NCBI RefSeq assembly: GCF_009914755.1
Contig: NC_060935.1
Direction: 5' to 3' (one strand)
DNA: 64,000 bases
DNA from: the human T2T-CHM13v2.0 reference genome, Homo sapiens
Shown: positions 55,324 through 64,000 of the stretch, one piece after another
Numbering within the stretch: position 1 is the first letter of the stretch
How the letters are laid out: every line of letters begins with the position of its first letter
Position numbers and translations under genes: made by a program
The notes under the pieces: model-generated
What the model saw: the letters and a program-made list of their open reading frames with translations, nothing else
What the model was told of the DNA's origin: nothing
Database searches by the model: none

Positions 55324-55442
55324 CTAGATGAAGTACTCTTTCTTTTCTTCGGAGTTGTTCTGTCCTCCTTCTGCATTGATTATAGCTGTGTCTGCGTCTG
55401 CTGCGTCATCGGCTCCTTTGGCTTCATGAGTGAAGTATGTAC
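55324..55442 (-). CDS. CADM1: CADM1 canonical last coding exon (protein 4.1/FERM-binding region and C-terminal type II PDZ ligand EYFI)
   Basis: Acceptor catctttcag|GT. Reads [39 protein letters not shown] with TAG at 55324-55326, in phase with the upstream exon. Confidence 0.98.
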
Positions 55443-57493
55443 CTGAAAGATGAAGGGGTAAAGCACCGTGACTGTCTGATGGCCTCTGTGTAAAGTGGTA
55501 CAGAGATGGCAACTTGCTTTATGGCCATCATCAGCCGAAGTGGTGTGCAGGCAGCAGAGGGGAAAAAACAATTGGAAGAAGAGAGCGGGGTGGGTGAGAC
55601 AAAGGGGGATCCGGGGGTTCCAAAGGCACCACTCCAACTGAACCGCTGCGATATAATTCAGCAAATGAGACATTAGAGCAGTGATTATGACCAGAGGATG
55701 TCAGCAGAAGAAGACGTGAGTGGGAGCTAAAAATGCAGAAAGCTGGAGAGGGGCTGACTAACGTATAAACAGTAAACACCAATGACCAATGACCAGATAT
55801 GTGCACGTACATTGTTAAAGACCAAAGCAAGGAAGAGCAATTAGCCAATAAATGAATTAGGGCCCTGATGATGCTTCTGTTGTCACCTCAGCTCATTTAT
55901 TTGAACCACCGTCCCGTGTCTATATGAATCATTGTTGCCTACCCATAGGTGAGAAGGTGCTTGAACTTGCACAAGTATGTTTGATTTTCCTGTCTTCCAC
56001 TTCAGAGTGAGGTTCCAGATTGAGAAAGAATTTGACATTATAATAGCAGGGATCAAGGTTTGGGATCTGTCTTAATGAGCAAGTAGGTCTCTCTCATCGT
56101 ATAACTCTAGCCCGGACCCGGATTCATGGATTTGCTAATTGGCACAGCCACTTTATAATGACAATAGACAGACATTACACAGCTGGGGACACTCTTATCA
56201 CCAAATCCCAACAGTTTACATGGAGAACAACAAAGACTGCACCTCAGTATGCTATATAGGTAGAAGTTAAACTGCCTACCATAATCAAATAATCTTCCTC
56301 CCATTACATACTGTATTCCTGAAGAGTCTTCTATTTAAAAAGGTTGAGACATTTGCTATATTTTCAGGTTTTCAAAGTAACAAATCTGAGAAAGCAAGAG
56401 GTCAAACGCTTCTCAGTATCCTTTTTTCTTGCTGCAGAGTGACACACATGTTCCCCTCCCCTGGTCCTTCACAGCTGCTGCTCGGATGCTGCCCTGCTCT
56501 CTGGCCTTACCTCCTGTCTCTGTCAAGCTTACCACCGAGAGGCTGGGAGCTCTTGGCCAAACAGACTGCCTCCTGAGTGTGGGCAGAGGGCGAAGTATGG
56601 ACAGCTCTGATCGTCCTAAACTGTTTTATGCTTGAGACAGGCACTCTGTATCCTAAAGGTGCCTAAGTACCTTAGACCTCCACTGCTGTGCTCAAGGGAC
56701 CTTCCCCCAAACCCAAGTTCAACAGTCAAGCAGTATGCAAGCACCTAGAAAACCCCGCAAGCTCATTGCACAGTGCTTGAGAAAAATAACTGAGAGAGAC
56801 AGGGGCGGACAAAGAAAAGGAAGAATAAATTACCAAGAGGGAAGAAGAGGATCAGAGCAGCATGGGGCAGACAGGAGGGGCATTGGAAAAGATGATTGCC
56901 CATCCAGACTGCACAGTTGATAAGTGTGATGATTAATGGCAATTTAAATCAATTGCACTGATAATTTTAAAAATACATATTTATGCGGCTTTTAAGGCAA
57001 AAAATTTTCTTTAACCTGGGCACATCAAACCAAGGCAGTCTTCTCGCCATTGTGACCAGCTTACACAGAGTCTGGGGACAGGGGATAGGGGGAAATCCTC
57101 TGCCTCCCAGAAAACAGTAGGTTGTGGATGTGCTTTTTCCATGTTTATCCTTTGCGGCTTCATGCCACACCTTGCACACCAGCCTCTACTTTATCATTTT
57201 TCCTCTATCCCCAATTATGGATGGCAGAATAACAACTCTACAAAGCTTTATATTTAGAGAAAATCCAAATCAAGGAGTGCTACTCATCAACTCCCAGAGT
57301 CCTAATCAGCGGCTGCTAAGATTTCTGGTTTTGTTTTTTTTTTTTTTTTTCTCTTCTCTCTCTTCCAGTTTCAGGAATCAGATAGGCCGTGTGGCCACAT
57401 ACATCAAATTGCCTATCAAGGACAACCTTGTAAAGTCTCCGAAGGCAGAAGCTGTGGGGACACGCTGCTTCTGTCTGCTGAAGCTTTGCTTAC

Positions 57494-57625
57494 CTTTATG
57501 TCTGGCAAAATAGCGCCCCAGAATGATGAGCAAGCACAGCATGGCGAACACCACCACCGCCACGACGCCACCGATCACGGCATGATCCACTGCCCTGATC
57601 GAGCCTTCTTCACCTGCTCGGGAAT
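57494..57625 (-). CDS. CADM1: CADM1 penultimate coding exon (juxtamembrane stalk, transmembrane helix, start of cytoplasmic tail)
   Basis: Translates (D)[43 protein letters not shown](G), recognisable CADM1 sequence. 132 nt, phase 1/1. Acceptor ttttaacag|AT and donor AAAG|gtaagc on the minus strand. Confidence 0.98.
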
Positions 57626-60600
57626 CTGTTAAAATCAGAAGAGGAATAGGGATGTAGAGCTTATTACAAGGCACCAGAAGCCCCGGCGACACTGTCTCCA
57701 GGGTCAGAGGGTCACCTTCTTTTTTAATGGAGGAGTCACAGAGAACAATCGAGATGGATCAAGTTACACTGAGGTAACAGGCTGACCTGTCCAGTGCTGA
57801 ATCGATCTGTTCTCCCCACGAGGCAATTTCATGATAAGCAGCATAGGAGGGTTAATGCATGTGGAACAAGCTTAGGGAGGCAGGGAAGGAAGAAATAGTC
57901 TATCCGGCCCTGACCTAGTCTTAGCGTTCACTCTGTCTGTATCCAGTTGCAGAGCCTAATTAAGGGGGCTGACCTGACTATTTGAGGGTGCTCTGAATGA
58001 CACCTTTAGGCAACAGAAGGGTACAGCATCTTTCTATAGACGCCCAATGACTTTTATTATCTGGTAGATTAGGGATATGCATAGGAGAAGTAAGGTGCTC
58101 AAAAGCCACAGTTGCCTAGAGATAAAACAAGGATTATAAGACTAAAGACAAATGACAGGCTTGCTACATTTAGGATGTATGAAGGAGTAAGCCTCAATTT
58201 AAAACCTAAAAACCTATTTCAAAAGAGACAGCAAGGAATAATTGTCCATTGCCACCAACGGTTTTTATTTTATTTATTTAACACCTTGCAATGCAATTAA
58301 TTTTCCTTTATAAGCATCACCCCCTCAGGATGTCTTCTTCTGACTGAGGAACGACATGTTTGGCTGGGGAACAACTCCAAAATGAACCCAGAATGAGCTA
58401 TGGTGATGCAGAATGGATGTATGGCAGTGTAAACAATTTTAATTTAGGAATGTGGCTACATCACCCCTTGCTGAAATCCTAATGGCATTTGAGATTTATA
58501 ATGTAGTAAAAAACAATTATTCTCCCGTTGATTAATACATTAACATTTTGGAGTGGAAGCTAAACCATTGTCTTTTTTTTTTATTGAGTCAAGTACGACA
58601 CCTCCATTAAAATGATTTACTAGCTGTACCTTACAATTTAAGCACAGCAGCAACAGAAACGGTAAAAATCTTTTAACTTTACATGATTTGTGAAGTCATA
58701 TGTGAAGGATTTACCATTTGAATCTTTCAGTACAAGAAGCACATGGCCTATAAATCTGTCCCCCTTGCAGTTGCTGGATGCCTAAGAGAAATGCATTTCA
58801 CCAGGAAGACTGAGAGTGCAAATTCAAGTCAATTTTTAAGAAAGATTTATCTCTGTCTCTCTCCAAAGAACAGAGCAAATCTCTGAAGCCTCTACCTCTA
58901 ATAATATTTGAAGTTTATCGATCAAGTGTACAGATCCGTGACAGCTAAAGGTAATGGTGCTCTTTTGAGCCGAAACCTGATACAACGCTTTCAGCAGGAG
59001 GGCATGATTTACACTTTCTATCGATATTTCCAATTCTGCTCCGAGATTAAGTACTGAAGGATGTGGGGAAATAACTCGTGACTGAGGGTTCCATGAAAAG
59101 TGCTTTAATTAAAAGAGTTTAAATTTTAAAATGGAGTATTTAAAGTGTTTCATTAAGTTATCTTTGAAAGGACTACAGAAAAACCAAAACCAAAACCCAA
59201 ACAGAAATGCCAAATCAGAGGCAGCAGCAGGTCGCCCAGGACAACAGGATGATGGGAGTTTAATTGGAGAAGGGAGCTGGGTTGGAGGCAGAGTGCACTG
59301 CAGCCAATTAGCCCGCTCTGAGCTGAGCGAGCCCCTCCAGCAACGTGTCTAATAAGCTCAACTTGAAAAGTGGTGGAGAGGAATCTCCCTCCTCAGCCAA
59401 AAGTGTTGCCAACTGCAGATGCTACAACCCCCATTGTCTTGAAAGTCATTTCAACAAGGCAGAACTCGGTCAAGGGATTTTTTTTTTTTTCCTTTTTAGA
59501 GACGACAAAGCTCGTTGAAGGGGAGCATTCCCCGTGGGGTGCTGCTGGACACGGGGTGTCTGCTGGAGGAGAGCGCTTGACACACTGGAGATGTTCAGTC
59601 CAACTGCACAGATGCAAAATTGCTCATGGGGGACAAAAGTAACAGAAAAGCCAGCAAGTTGTGTTTTCCTTAGGGAGCTGTCAAAATAGGGAATCTTGAG
59701 GGAATGAGAATTAACTCATCTCCAATGGCCATGAGCTTCAGACCTATTAAAATTTATGTGTCTTTCGATGAACTCTGTATGTTTTAAAATTGGGGGAGGA
59801 AAACAAGTGAGACTAGACATTGAGGACAGGGGAAAGTTAGGCACAAGAGGCAAGAGGTGAAGAGAGGTTCCAGGAAGACTGAGAACAGAGAGAAGCTTCG
59901 AGAAGCTGTCCAGGACAGTTCTAACCCATCTAGGGGAAGACACTATCTTGTCCACTCTTAATAAAAGACCGCCTCCTCTCCATGCCTAGACACAGGAATA
60001 TTCTGGAAGCCTGAGGGGGGAGGGGGGAGGGGAGAGACAGAGAGAGGCTCTGTGACAAAGAAAAACAAAAACCTCCCTCAAACAAAAAGATCTCACGAGG
60101 TATATGTATCTGTGAGATTAATTTCTTGAGCCGAAACTCCTTACTTGACCTTTGCCCTCCATGAACTTTGAGCTAAATATGCTCAGTGTTGCTATTTTTC
60201 CCTGCACTTTGCCCAAATTAAACTAGAACCTTAGATGTTCTAGTTATCTTCCCCACCCTCAAGGACATACATATTTTACAGATACTTATTTATAAGGGTA
60301 ATCTCTCCAGCTATCTTCTGATACCCACTTTGATCAGAAAGTTTACTACCACCAGTTAATCACCAAGACATTTCTCCTGCCTTCAATTACTGCAGATGGA
60401 CACAGAAGGTAACTGATGTTTAATTTACAGGGAACACTGCCGGTTACGAGCGCCTCACCGCCTCTTCCCACCCCCACTCCCACCTCCTGGGTTTACGTGG
60501 GAGGTGTTAATAGAGTTGTGCCTGTTCACTGAGTGCCTCTGTCTTGGCCTTCCCTATGAAAAGCAGAGCTGTTTCTGGAGTCATCTCAGTCCGTTCTTTT

Positions 60601-63600
60601 ATTTCCACGTGTGGGGAGGGTGGGGGAGTGTTTATAATGCCATGGATTGGCTCAAGGCAGCAGGGCCGGGGTGAGCTGCCTGCACCTGCGGGCTGTGCCT
60701 CACTCATGACATGAAGCAGCCGTGCAAGATGCTGCCCAGGGGGGAACTGGGCTACTGGAGTCGCCCGAAAACCAGAAATGGAAGGAAATACCGAGCACTA
60801 AGAGAAGCATGGCTGCGACAAAGTCTGTCAGCTGCTTGACCTTTCCTTCCATTCCCAAGGCAAGGACTCTAACCAATTCCATGAGAAATGACTTCTAAGT
60901 GGGAAAGCTATGGGTTTCCCCATGAGCCACAGATCCTGGTCCTGCAGGGTGCAGACCCCTTCTTCAGGTCCCATGAAGTGCTGGCTTTCCTGGGGACATT
61001 CTCTTCAGATTCCCGGCTCATTTTCTGAATCGGGCAGGCAACGAAACCAGAGGCAGATTCTACAGCTGCCCCTAGCTTGTCAATTGAAAAATAAATGTGG
61101 GAGTGGAAAGCACTTTTAAACATGCCTGATGCTCAGGCATATGGACATCACTTCGGTTTAGAAAGCCATGTTTTCTTGTTCCCTAAGAGGCTACAAGTGT
61201 TCCTCTTACTAGTAACAAGTGTAAGAGTGTTTCTTTTCTGGGACTAAGCCCTGCCCCATCATCCTGAAAAGTAAAGCCATGTTTTTGCTTGGTGAATGGT
61301 TCCAGCATAAAGGTTATTCCAGCCTCAGTGAACCAAGCATGATTGCATAACACAGTTCAACTGGAGTTAAGAATCTCATCCAAATTATTTCACATGTGAC
61401 CTCAGGTGAATTAGGCCTAGTCCTTGAATGATTCTGACTTGCAGATGAACCCTGTAAAGGTTATTGTGTATCGCTGTGTCACCCTTCACTCCTCCTCAGA
61501 GGTAGAAAGCTTGGTGTCCTTTTGGCAAAAAGACTGACCTTGGACTCTGTAGTCGAGGGCTTCAGGGCGGGCAGGCAGCAGTTGCAGGGAGGTGTTCCTG
61601 ACAGCTCACAGTTGTGGTACAACCCTCCCTGCCTGTCGTGTCCCATCCCGCAGCCACTTCCATGGCTCTAAGTGTGACAGATAAATCATGAGCTGTTTAG
61701 TATTCGTGAGTTAGCTTTTCTTTTGGCAAAAAGCTGAAACAACTTGGCTCCAGGTGAGAGTTTACCAGCTGCTTGCAGAATGTTAAGTTGGCCACTACTG
61801 CTTGGGTCACAGCTTCAACAACCCTGGGCTCGCTTTAGCATCTTAGAAATTGCGGGACAGAGAAATCTCAAAGAAACTCCCAAGAGTGATGCCCCAAACT
61901 GCTCAGATTTCTTTACCTTGGGCCAGTTGACCTGGCCTGATCCATTCCTCATGGGCAATAAGAAGGGGAAGTTCTAAAGGCAGTAGTTCCCCAGGGCGTG
62001 ACAAGAAAGGTGACTGCTAGTGGAACTTCAGTCTCCTTTCCCCTCCTTCTAGGAGACTTTTCTTTCTCTACTTGTTTTCATTCCTCAAACTCCTTGCCAG
62101 AGTCGTCTTAAACGCAGCACTCTGGCAGCCATGCTGCCTGTATTAAACAGGGCTCTGCAAGAGATCCTGGTTTCTATGGCTACTTTACCACCTGGCATGA
62201 GATGTGTAGCATAAACCGCCATGCAAATGCCATAATCATGGATCTGTGATAAGCCTAGAAGGCTCTGCTGCCAAAGTGGGGATCCATGGATAACTGGAGA
62301 GTGGCTAGTACATCCTAGACAAGCTCCTGGCAAATAGGGACTTTGGCAGAAGGACTCACTGAGCAGAACCTTCACTGCAACTGCTGCCTGCCCACCCTGA
62401 AGCCCTCGGCTACACAGAGTCCAAGGTCAGTCTTTTTGCCAAAAGGACACCAAGATTTCTACCTCTGAGAAGGAGTGAAGGGTGACACAATGATACACAA
62501 TAAAGTATGCAGCATGAGGCATGACAGCCACATTGCACTGGGTCACCCTCACATCTCAAACATCCCTGGCTCAGGCTGTAAGGCACATTTAGCAACATGG
62601 CGCTTAAACGCACACTTTAACTCTTTTCATAGGTCATAAACTACCTCAGCTCTCATTTTTACGTTTAAGCCATGGGGAGGTTCTAACGGTATTAGTCTTC
62701 CTACTTCTGTTTAGGGACAGTTCAGATGCTCAGCGTTCTGTGCTTCCCCCATCCGTGGATGACTGGAGGAAAAGAATTGTTGCGGACTTTTTTGCAACAG
62801 TTCTGTCACGTGGCTCAGTTTTAGTTCCTTTCCTGGGTGGAGATCTTGCTGGACAAGTCAGTTTAATTACAAACTCTCAGAATCGGTGTTTGTAATGGAA
62901 ATGCTGCCTCCAGCTTCCTAGGGTTGTAGGGATTAGTCTATTTCAGAGAAAGCTTAGTGACTATGATGTCATTTGTTACTTCTTGCTAGGAAGAAAGAAA
63001 AAGCCTGGTAGTGGATTTCCCAAATCTGAAGCAAAACCATAATCTGACCTAAAAAAAAAATGACACTTAAGAAAACCTGGCACCATCTGAAAAATGTAGC
63101 TACCCATTCTCATCATCTATTGTAGCTCCCGTCCATGGCAACAAAAATAAGTGTGCATTTTAAAAAGCACAACTTTATTACTGAAGGGGAACAAACTGAA
63201 TGGCATGCGCTGACAAAATGCCACATTATTTGCTAATCCTAATATGTTATTCTTCTTTAAGATTTGCTTTTCTCAGCACCAATTCAATTATAGATGCTAC
63301 AAATCCTTCTGACATTTAATTCCCTCTTGTCAGAGAGTAGTAAATGTATACAGTACATGCACAGCTTTCCCATTAAGATGTTAATATATATTGGAGCACA
63401 CTAGCCTTTATGCAGCATAACCTTTCTTTTCTGTCTTCTTAGAAAGTGGACGAGAAGGAATAAACGTAAAGCAAGAAAATCATGAAGACTCCCATATAGC
63501 ATCCCAGGCATCTACTACTACACGTCAGCTGCATTCAATTCTAGCAATGTAACTGCATCTATACTAACGTTTCAAAGGAGCTATGTTAAGCTACTTAAAG

Positions 63601-64000
63601 GAAAACTGCAGTGATCATCCTCATGGTGCCACCCAGAGCTCAGTATGTGTTCATTTAAATTAGAAGTACTGCACACAGATTTTGGCTGTACCTTGTCACT
63701 ACTCAAATGATCAGGACTCAGGGCTCTCTTAGACTATCACTGGCTACATTGCTTTCCAGAAACAGGCCTGAACAGGGGACGAGCTAGGAGCTCATCTCCT
63801 GCATGGTCCATTGGAAAGAGCACTGGACTTGCTGTCATTTCTGGGACAGAACTTGAGCTTCATTACTTTTCTCTGTGACTTCAGGCAGGTCAATGAGGCA
63901 CTCTGAGCCACTGAGTACAATTACGTACTTCACAGGGTCACTTTGAGAGGCCACTGTTTTCATTTCCTGAGCCAAATGAAAGTGCCTATTTGGCTCAGGG
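57626..64000 (-). other. CADM1: CADM1 intron upstream of the TM exon (continues beyond the window)
   Basis: No further CADM1 coding sequence (Thr-rich or alternative stalk exons) was recognised up to the window end. Confidence 0.8.
61461..62503. repeat. Long inverted repeat: arms 61461-61587 and 62375-62503, 787 nt spacer
   Basis: Manual alignment of the left arm with the reverse complement of the right arm shows 6 substitutions and one 2-nt indel. There is a 41 bp perfect core (61510-61550 vs 62414-62454). Confidence 0.95.

Noticed and set aside
55443-55512. N-terminal part of ORF 55324-55512 (MPSLYHF...)
   Set aside because: Intronic read-through upstream of the real acceptor at 55442. 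The same applies to the extensions of ORF 57378-57692.
57614-57625. In-frame internal GAG/CAG acceptors 9 and 12 nt into the TM exon (the 12-nt one would delete DSRA)
   Set aside because: The first AG after the pyrimidine tract normally dominates, and the sequence gives no evidence of use.

Overview
Human (primate) genomic DNA containing the 3' end of CADM1 (TSLC1/Necl-2/SynCAM1/IGSF4, 11q23) on the minus strand. The window holds the transmembrane exon (57494-57625), the canonical last exon ending in the PDZ ligand -EYFI (CDS 55324-55442) and a ~2.8 kb 3'UTR with a poly(A) signal near 52505. About 6.4 kb of the upstream intron is also present. The first ~48 kb is gene-poor downstream sequence rich in Alu, MIR, L2, MaLR/ERVL LTRs and small DNA transposons. 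It also contains a ~3 kb GT-rich tandem array and an orphan CpG-rich island. Four observations stand out. (1) A distal alternative terminal exon (48444-48481) would replace the FERM/PDZ-binding tail with GLFSLTSSPRIK* and has AATAAA inside its last codons. (2) A ~128 bp, ~94% identical inverted repeat with no recognisable TE origin lies in the intron upstream of the TM exon (61461-61587 / 62375-62503). (3) About 40 perfect miR-122 8mer sites lie on the CADM1 strand of the GT-rich array. (4) A tail-to-tail inverted Alu pair is only 18 bp apart. No prokaryotic-type features (CRISPR, operons, rRNA, tRNA) were seen. Nearly all ORFs in the track are spurious. Repeat subfamily calls and old-repeat boundaries were made by eye and are approximate.
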